A stretch of 64,000 bases of DNA from Chrysomallon squamiferum. Lineage: Eukaryota; Animalia; Mollusca. The position numbers were made by a program, and so were the translations under genes. Numbering within the stretch: position 1 is the first letter of the stretch; each line of letters starts with the position of its first letter. This document shows, one piece after another, positions 26,950 to 42,764 of this stretch. Below the pieces are notes generated by a model. The model was not told the DNA's origin. It saw nothing but the letters and a program-made list of their open reading frames with translations, and did not search any database. Where the stretch lies: NCBI GenBank assembly GCA_012295275.1, contig CM022671.1, positions 32,302,001-32,366,000 on the forward strand, given 5' to 3'.

Positions 26950-27030
26950 CCTGTATTTAACGAACACAGACAGACCTGTTGTATTTAACGAAACATACAG
27001 ACCTGTTGTATTTAACGAAACAAACAGACG
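26950..27030. repeat. 27-bp tandem repeat, about 3 copies
   Basis: Unit acagacctgttgtatttaacgaaacat; acctg recurs at 26974 and 27001. Confidence 0.8.
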
Positions 27031-27170
27031 TAAAGGCCAGTGTGTTCGCATAAATTGCGGGCTAAAGTATATGAGTGTGTCAGACATATTAATGAAACAG
27101 TTATAGGCCTTCTGCGTTTAAAACTATAAGAGGTAATTTATGTTAATGAAACAATAAAGACCTTCGGCTA

Positions 27171-27283
27171 TAAAGGCTATTTACATTAAAGGCAAAATAA
27201 AGGCTATTTACATTAAAGGCAAAATAAAGGCTATTTACATTAAAGGCAAAATAAAGGCTATTTACATTAAAGGCCTAATAAAG
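27171..27283. repeat. 27-bp tandem repeat, 4 copies
   Basis: Unit aaaggctatttacattaaaggcaaaat; ggctat recurs at 27175, 27202, 27229 and 27256. Confidence 0.9.
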
Positions 27284-27788
27284 ACTGTTAACGTTGATGA
27301 CAAAATAAAGGCTGTAAACACCACCATCAAAACACGCCATTTGCTGTCAAAACATGGGCCTTCGGCACCCACGGCTCTTAGTATTTACAAATAAATATAT
27401 TTAAAAAAAAAAAGAAAAAGAAAGGCTGATATTAACAAAACCGCTAGGCCTATATATTAAAAGAAAGAAAAAAAATAAACTCGGTTTTAACAAAACAGTA
27501 ATGGAATATTTATGAGCCTGCATAAAAAAAATAGCAGTAGTAGGTCCTATAAATAGAATTAGATCGTGTAACTTAATACAGGCCATGCCAGTATAAAAAA
27601 TTGTGGTAATTTAATGTAACCGAGTACTTGTAACAACTTTTTTTTTCCTTTTTTTTTTTAAATTTTATTTATTTATTTTTATTTATTTTTTTTTTTTATT
27701 CATGTTTATTGTCATAAAAAGAATTTTAATATTATTTTATAACGAAGATTATTTAAATAATAATAATAATAATAAAAATAATAATAAC

Positions 27789-27820
<32 letters not shown>

Positions 27821-30291
27821 CAAAGCGATTGCCATTAGTAACAGAAATGACGTGAAACAATAATTATGACTGGGTTACTGTTATTAGCGTTTATATTTTT
27901 TAACGTTTGATATAAAACAGATTAGATATATGTTATTACAAACTGTGCACCGTTACACCACGAACTTATTAAACTGCGCATTAACTTCCATCGTCATAAC
28001 ATAAACAAATATAAGGTATAGTTTACCAGATGAGGATCTACGCAAGACTGAAAGAGCGGGAACGTGTCTGAATTACCAGATTAGTTTTTATACATTTGAT
28101 TAGATTTTTTTATATAATTTATTTATTTAATTTATTTATTTTTAAAATTCACAGCAATTATTTACTATTTTTATTGCGTTAGCCTCTTTGTGAAAACATT
28201 TAAAACAGGAAATGGAGTCTCTAGTTACCTCCCCTGGTTCCGCCGCTGATTCACCCAAATGTAGGTGCAGCCGCTTAGTCAGGAGACTCAGATACGTCAT
28301 CGTTCACACCGCAGGTTTTTTTTTTTTTCAAAACTCGCAGCACCGTCTGTTTTTCCTTTTTAAGATAACGAAGCGTCCAGGCAGACGCGAGTTCAAGATG
28401 TTATTCATCTGCTTCGATGGGGCACCGAGGGCAGTGGGCTCGCCTCCTTCTTTCGGGCGCCTATAAGGAAATAATTCGAAAGGTGTAAAATAACTATGTT
28501 CTTTGTTCCTTATTAACATGCTAATCTGGCCTAATTGATTGTGTTTTAACTCAGTTTCCGGTGGCTTTCTTAAACGTGTTGTAATCAGATGTTCTTTTGA
28601 CTAGTATAATTAGTAGTCCCTATTCTATATAGTCAGAGAATTAAAGCAGTATTCCCTATACTTAAGATCGAGAAAATCCAGTCTTCGGTACTCATATAAT
28701 GATGCATTCCAACAAACTGTTTTCCCTACTGGTACATTTTTGCCTAATCTGTATAGCTACAGAATTAATATAATATTCCCTATACTTCGAAGCAAGAAAA
28801 TTCTCTCTCGAATTCGTATAAAATGTATAACCAATTCCCTATTACATTTGTACAGCATACTGTTGATAATATATTATTATGTCTTCCCGGAAATTCTGAT
28901 AGTGAAATACCTGACAACTCAGAGACCCCTAGCCCCTGCATATCAAATTTACTTTAACCATCTCTTATTCGTATTTTCACTGTACGATCCACTTTTATTA
29001 CATATCCGTTGTTCAAGTAATTTTGATCTACCATACGCTGTGGTCATATCAAATATGATTCACCATTATTTTTTTATTTTTGCAATTTACCATTCTGCAT
29101 CCTGTTGCTGTATCAGATATCGTTTCACCAGCTATTTTTATTATATTGTGTAGATAATACACTCTCTTCCATAAAATCAGTTGTACAGGTCAGTTCGATC
29201 TTGTGGCCATATCAAACATTATCCAACCAATCGTTTCTGATTTGCCAAAAAAAAAAGAAGAAAAAAAAAAGAAATTCAGATTTATTACATATTGCAGACA
29301 AGATATATGTCTTCCTACGAAATCAGTTCCTATGTTATACACTAAGTTTCAGTTTTATAATTAGATAATAAATTTATTTCCACAAATTGCGTTCTTGATT
29401 TGGCAGACAGCTTCAACTTCAGTGCTTTGTGGGCGGGTCAAATGTCATTCAAGCAAATCCTAAATTAAAGTTATTACACGGGGTGGATAATTAATTTCTT
29501 TGCACGAAAGCAAACCGGCGAGTTATCATCCAGTGAAGGGTTTTATTTTCACTCCTGTGAAGCGAGACGTGAACCAACTCGCACTGAGAGGCCAAGCAGC
29601 ACAAAGACAAAATCCGGTGTAAGACTGCGAAACCCGAGAAAAGAAAAGTTCACAGTGCATTAGAGAGATTGTACGGGGTATCACAGCAACCGGTGCAACA
29701 ACATATTTACTATTGTTCTCAGGTGAGATGGGATGAATAGCACTACAGCATGTATCAAGATGCTTCAAATCCGAACTCTGAGCTTCGCTGGTTTTTATGG
29801 TTAAACTATCTTCTCTGTGTCCGGTAGTTATCGGTATCGAATCCTGGTTACTGCTTCAAACCAAAACTGTTTGGGGATGTGCTACACCAGCACTTCCTCC
29901 ATTCTCAAAGCAGTTCCCTTCACTACTAATCCTAATACTGTATCTATCACTGGATTTAAAAACCTTTAACAGAAAACTGAACTATATTCGATTGTTAATG
30001 GATCCATTGATCATTCACAAGTCAAACCCATAACAAACCTGCTTGAACCCGAAATATAAAGAAAGGTGATATATTTATCAGTGGTCAGCGGCAGTATCGG
30101 AATCACCATGGTAACGAAACAGATATTCACACTTGTTACATTGCCGTGGTTGTAATCATCTGCTTTTCGAAATCATATCTAACTAATCTGTAACTGAGGT
30201 CTGAACACGCTGTGAGAACATCTAACATAAGCCACTTATAATTTCACACTTTTCAACCAAGTCAACATTTAAGTGCACTCCAGGAAAAGAT

Positions 30292-30338
<47 letters not shown>

Positions 30339-31934
30339 GGATAATTGGAAGCTGATACTATTGAAGTAATTTATATTCTTTCAAAAAATTCGTACTGAAT
30401 AATGAGGTTTCTGATTCAAATTCAGTATTTTAATAATCTTCATTATATTCTTCATGTCTTTCATCATCGTTACTATAATTTTCATCATTATTCATCTCTG
30501 TGATCGTATTTTAATTATTATCAGCTTCTTCTTTCATTATCTGCATTCTATTTTTTATTATTAATATGTTCTTGTTAATATGATCGTCATTTATATTCAT
30601 CATCATCTTCTTCTTCCTCTTCTTTCTTCATCATTATTTCTTCTTCTTTTATCATCATAGGATAGTTCTTGTTCATTCTTCATTCATTCATCATTACCAT
30701 CATTTTAAAAATATTTGTTCACCATCATCATATTTTCTTCTTTTTTTTTCACAATAATCATCATATTCATTTTTCTTTTCATTTCCTCTTCTTTCTCGTG
30801 GTTTCTTCGGTTGTTTTTATTTTTCTTCTTCAAGCTACTGAATTAAAAGTAATATGAGTTACGAATGGCTACTGCTCTAAAACACACAGAATGACTGGTT
30901 CTTTAATGACAGGTTAACAGTTAAAATGTATCGTACACTTTGTATATAACAAATGATATGAAAAAGAAAACACTCTGACATCATACTTTAAGGAGTAGCA
31001 ACAAGAAGTATGTCATATGCACCTTCTCATGGAAAGGATATTTCAAATCATGACTTTTGACTTAAGTCTTTGTGCACTAACCGAGGGGTAAAAAACCCCG
31101 GTGAAATGATTTTAATTTATTTCTTAAACTGCTGAACGTGTGCCAAAAAGCGAATATGTTTAACTCCGCTATAAACAACACGAAAAGTAAATTCATTTTT
31201 TACTCGTTAATTAGAGGTGAAAAAATAATAAAACTGTCTTTTTTTTTTTTTTTGTTGTAAAAATATTATTTTTTCCGCTGCATTATTATTATTATTATTA
31301 TTATTATTTTTTTTTTTTTTTTTTTTCTTTCTCTCTTTTTTACGCTCTCAGCAAGTATTATAGTATCCAGTCTGGTTAGAAATCGTAAATGTTCTTTAAT
31401 GCATAAATAAACTGTATAGTTATAGATCCCTCCAGATGTGTATGTATCTTACAAAACGGTGTAGTTGTAGATCACTCGAAATGCATTCAGAGCTGAATAA
31501 TGCATCTACCGTTAACAATCAGTATCACGGTAGTTTTCTCCAGATGTTGTTTCGACAAGTGAAAGCAAATTTGAGCATCTGTTCTTTTGCAAAGCGTTAC
31601 TGTTAATGTAGGTTTTTTTTCTTTCTTTCTTCTTTCTTTGCTTAGATCAGATCTTTTTTCAACATGTACGTGCTTAGCTCGTGAAGAAGGGATGACTTGG
31701 TATGTTTCTTTGTTGTGACTCTTGACCTATTGCTGTTCGTATTTCGGTGTGTTTGTTTAGTTTTATTTTGTTGTGTTTGATGTATGCGTCATTGGTGATG
31801 CTTGGATACTTGAATACAAAATACAAGCTTTAAAATGATACTTGTTTTTTCTAGACCATTAATTTATTTGTTGTATTCAGTTTATTTATTTATTCAGTTT
31901 TTAATGTAATGTGAAAAAGAAAACAGTCTGCCAC

Positions 31935-32041
<107 letters not shown>

Positions 32042-33242
32042 AAACCCATTATGATCGCTGGCGCAATCAGAGAACGTATTAGCAAGATAGGGTGACAAGA
32101 TAATTTTCGATATTTTTGGACACTGACACAAAATGCAGTTTTTAGGGAACGGAACTACAATTACTTCAATATATTATTTGTTATACAAATAAATTGTTGT
32201 TATTTAAGAACTGTTTTATTTTGATTTATATGCGTGAGTGTAATACTGTTTTGATAGCGCTGAGTTGATAAATAAAACAGTTAATTTCCTTTAATGTTTG
32301 TGTTATTTAGAATTGCAGGATGTTAAAGAAATTACGGCTTACTGTCTTAATATATAAGCTGTATGCTACGTGTGTATGTATGTATGTATATGTATGTGTG
32401 TGTGTGTGTGTATATATATATATACACACACACGTGAATATATAATGTGTGTATCTATATACATAGGTGTGTGTGTGCATCTATGTACATACTACACATA
32501 CACATACATATATATGTGTGTGTCTGCATGTGTATATTCATATGATCTACACACACATACATACACTCATAAACAGACACACACACACACACATATCCAT
32601 CCATCGGCCAGTGAGAAAGAATTAAGAACAGAGTGTGAGTGTATTCTGGGGGTCGCACGTAAAGTTAACGAGTTAAACAGTTCGCGGAAGAGGAGTGGAA
32701 CCAGAAACACGCGTCCTCTTCAAACTGACGGATTAGAAACGGCGGTCTTCGCAGACCTTTCTTTCCTCAAAGCAAACACTCATTATTATCTGACACGACG
32801 CTGCCTCGCCCTGCGTTTTGTACTCGCGATCGATGGAACATCCATGACTAATGAATTCAGCTAAACATTTGTTGCAAACAGTCGATATCAAATAGCAGTT
32901 GAAAACCGCAGTTTAGTCGAAAAAGAAGATTACCCGATAACCATCGCTTGTGTCGTCTGACCGCTGGCCTTTTCAGAAGGCTTAAATAAAACGTAGCAGT
33001 AGCAGACGATGCCAGCGGTGTTGAAGTTGTGTCGTGAAAGAAAAGATTACGTGGCAGCTGTTACAAGCTGGTGTTCATTAACTGTACAAAGCTTAAACGC
33101 TAAATTAGTTGAAAGTAAATAAATGGCAATATTATTATTATTATTATTATTATTATTATGAGTTGTCGTAGTAGTAGTAATTTTACTGGTAATAGTAATA
33201 ATAATAATTATAACAAAACTACTATTGCTAATACTAATAGCA

Positions 33243-33345
<103 letters not shown>

Positions 33346-33797
33346 TAATAAAGAAAGCTGTAGTAAAAGTGGGACTATCTTGCGAGTATCGTATTTCCAA
33401 GGAAGAAAATGTAATACGTTAATTGGAAAGTAAAATAAACACTAGTATTAGCAGTAGATAATGTAGATGTTAATGGCGCAAATTGAAAACATTTATGTTA
33501 GTGTTGGTAATAGTTGTTTTAGTCGAAGTAACAGTATAATGGTGGTGGTAGCTTCGGAGTGAGTGGTAGCAGTAGCTGCAGCAGTGGTAGCAGCAGTAGT
33601 AGTAGTAGAAGCAGAAGTACGTAAAAATATTGCAATAAGAATAGCTGATTAATAAATAACAATGTGCACTGACTAATTTTTCATTCTGACTTTCATCTAT
33701 TCTATCAGACATCCAACTTTTCTAATAACTGTGATGCTGTCATTCATTTTCCATTTTCACTGAGGTGTCAATCATTTTGTGAAACCCTCTTTTTTCA

Positions 33798-34545
33798 AAC
33801 TGTGACCCAGTCTATCATTCTAACTGTGAACCAGTCAATCATTCTAACTGTGAACCAGTCTATCATTCTAACTGTGAACCAGTCTATCATAATAACTGTG
33901 AACCAGTCCTGATAGTAACTGTGAACCAGTCTATCATAGTAACTGTGAACCAGTCTATCATTCTAACTGTGAACAAGTCATATTGTAACTGTGAACCAGT
34001 CTATCATTATAACTGTGAACCAGTCTGTCATTATAACTGTGAACCAGTCCATCATTCTAACTGTGAACCAGTCCATCATTCTAACTGTGAACCAGTCTGT
34101 CATTATAACTGTGAACCAGTCTATCATTCTAACTGTGAACCAGTCTGTCATTATAACTGTGAACCAGTCCATCATTCTAACTGTGAACCAGCCTATCATG
34201 CTAACTGTGAACCAGTCAATCATTCTAACTGTGAACCAGTCTATCATTCTAACAGTGAACCAGTCTGTCATTTTAACTGTGAACCAGTCCATCATTCTAA
34301 CTGTGAACCAGTCCATCATTCTAACTGTGAACCAGTCAATCATTATAACTGTGAACCAGTCTATCATTCTAACTGTGAGACAGTCTGTCATTATAACTGT
34401 GAACCAGTCAATCATTCTAACTCTGAACCAGTCAATCATTCTAACTGTGAGACAGTCTGTCATTATAACTGTGAACCAGTCTATCATTCTAACTGTGAGA
34501 CAGACAGTCTATCATTCTAACTGTGAGACAGACAATCTGTCATTC
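33798..34545. repeat. 24-bp minisatellite, about 30 copies
   Basis: Unit aactgtgaaccagtc(t/c)(a/g)tcatt(c/a)t; produces 8-aa repeat ORFs in several frames. Confidence 0.95.
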
Positions 34546-36598
34546 AGCCATAAAGCAATATATTACTCGCTCATTATCAGTCTATCAATTTATTTATACA
34601 TTTTCATATCTGGTATAAAATTAACATGAATCATTTTTCATATTGCTAGTGAACCAGACAGTCGTTTGAACAATACATTTCTGATAACTGAGATGATATT
34701 GCGAATTTTTCATTCTGACTGTGAACCAGTCAATGATTTTGAATTATAGGTTTTTGATAACCGAGATGCTTTTCCCCATTTTTCATTCCGCCTGTGACCA
34801 GTCTATCAGACGTTAGCCGATGATACAAGAGGTATGAAACTGGCTAACTGATTTATTTTGACGGAGAAAACAAAGTTTTGTCTTTGTATTTTCCTTGTGA
34901 AGTTTCACACGTTCAGCGTTCTGCGCATTCCTTTCACACGAGCAAATTACTCTATCAGTCTATTAGTGAGACGGAGAGAAAATAGCTCTCCAGTTTTATC
35001 TCAGTCGTATTTTGAGCCCTGTTTATCACGCGATTTTTCTTTATTTCGTTTTCTTTTCTCTTCTTTTATTTCCTGATTTTTTTTGTTGGTGCAGTGTATT
35101 TCTATTTTGTTTGTTATTTCAGTTGCTAGAACATTTTTTTTTTTTTTTTTTTTTTTTGCCCCAGATTTTTATAATCTTATTTATCGCTTTGTTCTTATTT
35201 TCATTATTTTTTTTATTATTTTTTATTGTTATTTAATTTACATTTAAATTTTAATTTTAATTTTAATTAATTTGTTGATTTATTTATTCTTCATATCAGT
35301 ATTATCTTTATTATCATTATTATTATTATTAAACATTATGTCTATGAAAAGGCAGTCTTTATTGAATGAAAAAAAATCTTTTTGTTGTATGTTTTCAACT
35401 CTTTTATTTTTTTTTTTTAATTCTTTAGCTGTGGAATTCAGGTAATTTAGTTTTAATCGATTCTCTCGGTTGGTCCTTCAGAAATTTATTTAATTTTTAT
35501 TGTAAAATGTATACATATACGTATATGTGTATGTGCTTTTTTTTTGTTTTGATGTGTGCTTAATTCGTTTTGGTTTTTTAAAATTTAATTTAATTTTTTT
35601 CTTTTTTTTTTTTAGTTAAATCTGCATTTTATTCATTCCCTATTTTTATTGCTTTATCCTGTAATTTGAAATTGATTCGTTCGCTTGTTTTTTTTCTTTT
35701 TTTTTCACTCATATAAAATCTGTAAATTGTTTTATATTTCTTTCTCTTCTGTCGACTATGCATATTCGTATAATTGCATTTAAAAAAAATTTATTTCTAT
35801 TTTTTTAAAAGAAATACTTGGTATGTGCTGCGTGTGTGTGTGTGTGTGTGAGAATGACTCCGAAAAGGCAGCAGTATTAAGATTTCAGTGAAGTTTAAAA
35901 TTAGAGCGAAGACTCATTACAACGTCTTCTGAAAGTAGGCCACACAAACGTTCTATTTTAGATTACACATAAAGCACGGAAATTAAGTTAAACCTTTGTA
36001 AGTTGATTATGATGGAAATAAATAAAACAAGTGACTTAGTTTTCTGCCTGATTGAATTAGCTCTGACTTGTGGCGACTTAGTTTGAGATAATTTAATTAC
36101 AGGTGCCGACAGATTCAAATGACTGCCTTGGCTGAGGTAAAGCCAGTAACGTTTGGATAACGATAATCGCTCGACTAACGGCTTAGTCTCACGGACTTTC
36201 GCGTTTTTCTCAAAGAAATAAAATTCCATAAAAGAGATTATCCAAATCCAACGGTGGTGTGTTTTTTTTAAGTCTGTAGTTAGTGTGTAACTTTCACACA
36301 AATTCTCGTTTCCTAGTTCTGACGATGTAACTTCGGTTGTTGTGAATGCAGTGGAGTCGTTGCAACGTTTGCGTGAAGCTTAGATGTTGACCAAATCGCG
36401 AAGTTATGAGAGATAATTACTGTAGAAGATTTAGAAACTAAGCACGTTTCTGTTTGTCTGTACATCTGTCCATAGATCCATCTGCTCTTTTATCATCGTA
36501 TCGATCTATGAAAATAGTATTTTTATCCATCAGTCCTTCTATCTATATGTCTTTTTATTTATTTATTCTTCTTTTCGACATATACTCTGTCTTAGACC

Positions 36599-36744
<146 letters not shown>

Positions 36745-37790
36745 TAACTACTTCATCCCATTTGATTGCTGTTAATATACCTAATAAATAAGTGGCTTTG
36801 TGAAAGAAGCTTCAGACGGCGAAACTAATTATTTCCACTGTTACCCGCATTACTTAATTACCAGCAGGCAAATGCTATTATCACCAGCTTAGACGTAATA
36901 ATTACTTCTAATTGTTTTTCTTGTTTTCTTTTTCTTTCTTTTGTTTCAGTCTGAGAAAATACAATGAGTTATTATTACTTCATTTTAGAGAAAAATATTT
37001 AGACTTCGCATATGTATAACTATGTACATGTCTGTATGTAGACACAAACACACAAATATGCAGTCGTAAGTATATCTTATTCTACACACAATTATCTCTG
37101 CACAAAACGTAATTATTATTGAATTCGTTAAATACACGTAAAGATTTTGCCGATTGCGATTGTTACGTTTATCCTATAATGGGAATCACGGCTGACGTAA
37201 GTTTGGAAAACGTTAAGGAACTGTTGTTACACGTTAAGTTGTGATGTTTTATATAACCGTACTGTAACGAGTAGTTTATTCTTTTTTTCTTATTTTCCTT
37301 TTACCACGCTTATTGCTTCTTCTTGTTATTTGTTTTCTCAAATACTTTTCTTCTTTAACTTTTTATTGCTCGCCTTGTTGTTGTTGTTGTTGTACTACTT
37401 CTTCTTCTCATTATTATTATTATTATTATTATTACCTTTATTACTTCTATGATTACTACTACTTCTGTTACAAATTCTACTACTACTACTACTTCTGTTT
37501 AATTTAGTAAAACTACTACTATTATTAAAATGTCTTGCTATTGCTTCTTAATACCATTATCATTGATTCACGTATCTCTTACCTGTGTTGTTTATGTTTA
37601 TATTTATTTATTGTTGCTGCTGTTGCTGTTGTATGCTGTTACTGATACGCTATTTCTCTCTATGCTTGTGTTACAAAACAAGCCTCATTAGTTTCGTAAT
37701 TTAATACTAGTTGCATCTGCTGACAATATCTGTGAAAATGATGTCACACAGAAGCTCACTCTGAATCATTCGAAACACCTATTAATTTTT

Positions 37791-37911
<121 letters not shown>

Positions 37912-39470
37912 ACGGATACACGTATACAATATTAAAGAGACATAGATGGAAAGAAGAGGGAATCTTTATAAAGTTACAGTTTGGTATTTTTATAACCACA
38001 GTCAGAAACTGCAAACCACTTTATACTAGAATACCAAACACTGGAGGATCGAACCACCAGTCCTGACACTAACTAGACCTTCAGAAACAACAAGCAACGC
38101 GAATCATTCAAATAGACAAGAAACTGAAGCAACTATCTGCAATCTACCTGAGATATATGTATATACATATATATATATATGATCAAAGCTCATTTCTTTA
38201 CATATTTCCACTTCTCACTTAGCCAGGTACTTGCACCTAGAACTTCCCGTACTGTAATGCACATGACTCGAATGTAAGTAAATTGGCTGGAATCTTATGG
38301 ACGTTTCTTCCAGTCGTTGCACCGAGCCTGTAGAGAAAACTCTTCAGATGAGACACTTCAAAGCAGATTTCTGATTATAATTAATTATCGTTCACGAACT
38401 TACTGCGGCTTTACATGGCAGCGAACGTACTGTTAGAATTAGGTTCGTAAACATATGCACATGTCGATATGTTTGCATATGTGTATGCATATGTTTATGA
38501 ATCTGTATACATGTAAGTACAGATATATTTAATATTGTGTGTCTATGTCTCTATATATATATATATATATATATAATGGTAGGGAAGTAAAGATTTAGTT
38601 TGTGTAGTTAATTATGTATGTAGGTCTATGCATGTAGATATGTAGGTACGTAATGTGGCAGGTACGTAATGTGTATGCATATCGGCTTTGTACAGTATGT
38701 ACTAATGATTATCAACAGGTATGTACACATTTTACATGAAGTGTTAATTTGGTGCATGAGAGAAATAGACGGACAGCAGACGTACAGAGGGACAGAAAGA
38801 CAGACTCACGTGCTTTCACACATACAAATTAGAAAGACAAACACTAGTAGAGACACACATTTATACACTTGCGGAAGCATAATTACGTGTATGTATGCAC
38901 AGACGTGTGAGCTATTATTATCTATTTACGCTAAGTCGTGTTTATTTTACCGTAATTCACAATTCGATGATGCGACAGTGAAAACGTTTTCAGCAGACTG
39001 CCATTTACGTGATGAACGAAATGATTATAACGGTACAAGCACACGCGCAGAATGTGGGCGACCCGGTCAAAGTAGCAGATGCCGTTGTCGTTGTTTTTAT
39101 GGATTTTTTTTTTTTTTTTAATCGCCGTACGTGAAACGCCATTGGACGGGAGTGGCGATGACGTCACGGGATTCGCAGATTAATTGTAACAAATAATATT
39201 ACGGTTATTCGTACGGGAGAGAGAGTGTACCTATTAAGCAGGTAACATTTGACAGGTGTCGAATGGTTTGTTAGCGGTATCAGCTGTTTGTGGAAGTTCG
39301 TTACAGTTGCCTTCGTTTTCGTGGTTTCCAACAGTCACGTAAGTACTGAAATAGTCTACTAATTTAATGTGGGTTAAAGGGTGTACGCTTGTGTGCAAAT
39401 GGAATGATCTGTGCGCGTGTGTGGGTTAATTTAATGTATATCTATATATTAGATATATATAAATACGCAC

Positions 39471-39513
<43 letters not shown>

Positions 39514-40995
39514 TACATACATATATTGTCACACCCACGTACATACATACATACATACATATATTGTCACACCCACGTACATACATACATACATACATAT
39601 ATTATACACACATACATACATACATATACATACATGTACACCATACACACACGCACTCCCACATGCACACCTAACTTACCACATCCAGTATTTCGGTGCA
39701 GTAACTCCGATATCATCCATGACTAAGTGTTAGATTACATACAGGGACCAGATGTTTCATGAATCATGTCTATTTCGTTATTGTAACTGTAGGCGTACTT
39801 GAAACTAACTTTTAAACCACATATTTTTTTTACATATTTGTCAAATATATACAAGATATCAAACAAACATTTTCCTTTCTTTCATACTCAACTATTTTCC
39901 TTTTCATTTTTTTGTTCTTTCCTCTTTGCTTCTATTTTCTTTCTTTTTTAATTCGTTTACCTTTTTTCTTTCCCTTTAAAAAATCTCATTCTTTTCTCTC
40001 TCTCTTTTTTTTTTTCATAAATTTGTTCGTTCGTTCTTTCTTTTTCTTTTCTTTTTTCTTTTCTTTTCTTTTTATTTGCTTTTAATCTAGTTCTTTCTGT
40101 TATTTTTATTAAGTCTCTTTCAGTTAGTTTTTCCATCCTTCTTTCTCTCTTTCTCTCTTTCTCTCTATCTTTTTCTGCATGTGTCATATAAACAGACTCG
40201 CATTACGTTGAATATCTCTCACGTGAACAAATTTCTTGCGCCCCAAAAACATAACCTGTGCTATCGTAAAAACTCGATATCAAAATTTCAAAAACGTATG
40301 AGATACTAGAAACATAAAACACACTCATATTGGGTAAATAAAACATATAACTTAGCTAATAAAACGTATATTACATAGACAACCAATAGATAATTTTAAT
40401 TTTATGTCCTGGGCTGTCGTTAATTTGTTCATAACTAAAACTGAACCGTGGCAATCTAAACATGCGTGACTTCTAATGTTAATTTTACTTTTCTTTCTTC
40501 TTTCTTTCTTCCGTTTTTCGTTCAGTCCTTTCTTCTTCTTCTTCTTTTATTTTGCCTTTCTTTTTCTTTTTCGATTAGATAAATTGTTGTGAGTTACTGA
40601 AGCACTATACATTGCGAAAGAAATGACGGGAAACTAATAAAATACAGAAATTATTGAATTGTTTCATCTTGTATTAAATACTGGATCAAATATGAAGAAA
40701 AAAGTTACATATGCTGAGTGTACTGTGTGCATGCATACGATATCCATCTGTTATTCAAGTTACATATAGAGACGTATACATACATAGGTATATGTGAACG
40801 TTCCTCTTTTTTTCTCTACGTATCTATCTGTATATCTGCCTGTGAGTCTATCTATCTATCTGTCTATCTACACACACACACACACATTTATATAGAAACA
40901 GATAGACTGGCACACACAGACAATCTGTCCGACTGTTTGTCTTTCTTCCTCTTTCTTCTTTCTCATTCTCTTTATTTTTGTATGTGTGTGTATAT

Positions 40996-41073
<78 letters not shown>

Positions 41074-41919
41074 GTGTCTCTCTCTATTGATTTATTGCTC
41101 TACAACTATAGCTTTTGTATTTACATAACACGAACAAACAATTCTTCCAGACTTTCACCGGTCGGTCGTTATCACTTATGTACTCTCGTTTCCTTATTCG
41201 TTGCACATATTTACTGAAAAAATATTCGTCTATTTGTGGCTGGATGCTATCTCCTGACTGTTATCAGAGATCTACGCAACTCGGAACAGTGTGTGTGTGC
41301 GTGTATATTTATGTCCTCCATTAGCTCTGTCTGAAAACCGAGTGAGCACCCGATGAACTCTGAGTGTTAATAAAGCGAGACGAATTGCCTCTTTTCCCAA
41401 GCTCGAACCAAGAATCGTCAATTATTTGCTTTTTTGCAGGTGCAAATGGCGTCTAGGAACTGGTTAATGTTTATCAGTAAATCTTTTTGACTGTTCATCC
41501 GTGATTCTCGGAAACGTAAACGTAGTTAGATAGCAAAGAAAAATATTGCCATGCTGTTTGGTTCGTGTACTCTTGTGGGTTTGTTTTTCTGCTCAAGTGA
41601 TTAATAGTTTTAAATGTGGTGTGTCTGCGCTGAATAAACTTTAATATATATATATATAATTATATAATTTTATGTTCTGGTTAAAGTTTATTTTGATCAT
41701 TATCATCATCATCATCATCATCATCATTATTATTGTTGTTGTTGAAAAAACAACAACATATGCGTCTGATAAAATGAAAATGTTGCACATTCATTTTTTA
41801 TTATCTTGTGAACTCGTTCCTTTTATGTTATCAAATTAAAAAATGAATAATACAAAAAATCTGAAGAAAATCATATGAAAGAAAAGAAAGAACAAAACAT
41901 TGCGAATACACACACACAC

Positions 41920-41950
<31 letters not shown>

Positions 41951-42057
41951 TATGTATATATGTACACACACACATATAGATATATATTATTTTGTTTATT
42001 TACTTCCTTTTTTCCAAACGTCAATCCGTGCATTAATTTTAATTATTTAACCCTTAT

Positions 42058-42311
42058 CTTAAAAACAGAGTCATCGTCTAAGTCTGATAATTCTGTCTAA
42101 TTCTACGACATTGTCTGACTGTGTATGGAACACGTCAGTTCTAATGACGGATTTGAATAACTGATTTGAATAACTGAATAAGTAACAAGATTTTATCGCA
42201 TCTGTGTACGAAGTATTCGAGATGTTTCAGCCACGACACAAGAACACACAAATAAATTCTATTCCCACAAGACTCAAATACATTGACATTGTTTTTTTCT
42301 GGGATTTTTAC
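42058..42311 (-). mobile_element. ~255-bp dispersed repeat, copy 2 (inverted)
   Basis: Reverse complement of ~19744-19998 with few substitutions. Confidence 0.75.
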
Positions 42312-42617
42312 TATCTGTCAAACTTTGGTTTCTCATTTGGAAGGATTAGTTTGGATTAAGAGATTTTAAGGAAGATTATAGAATTTTGACTTAAACCTTA
42401 AAATGACTTTCATGTATGCATGTTTGTGTCTTTGTAAATAGGAATTATTTGGTATTATTATTATTGTACTTATTTTATTACTACTATTTTTATTTTGTTT
42501 TAATGTTGCAACTTTTACAGCTACATTTTTTACTACAATAATTATTGACACTTTTATAATTCGCCTGCTGTTGGTATTTATTTATTTACTACATTCCTAT
42601 TAGAATATTGTCCAGAA

Positions 42618-42764
<147 letters not shown>

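Noticed and set aside
33798-34545. CRISPR-like array
   Set aside because: Contiguous tandem units with no unique spacers, no cas genes, and a eukaryotic context.
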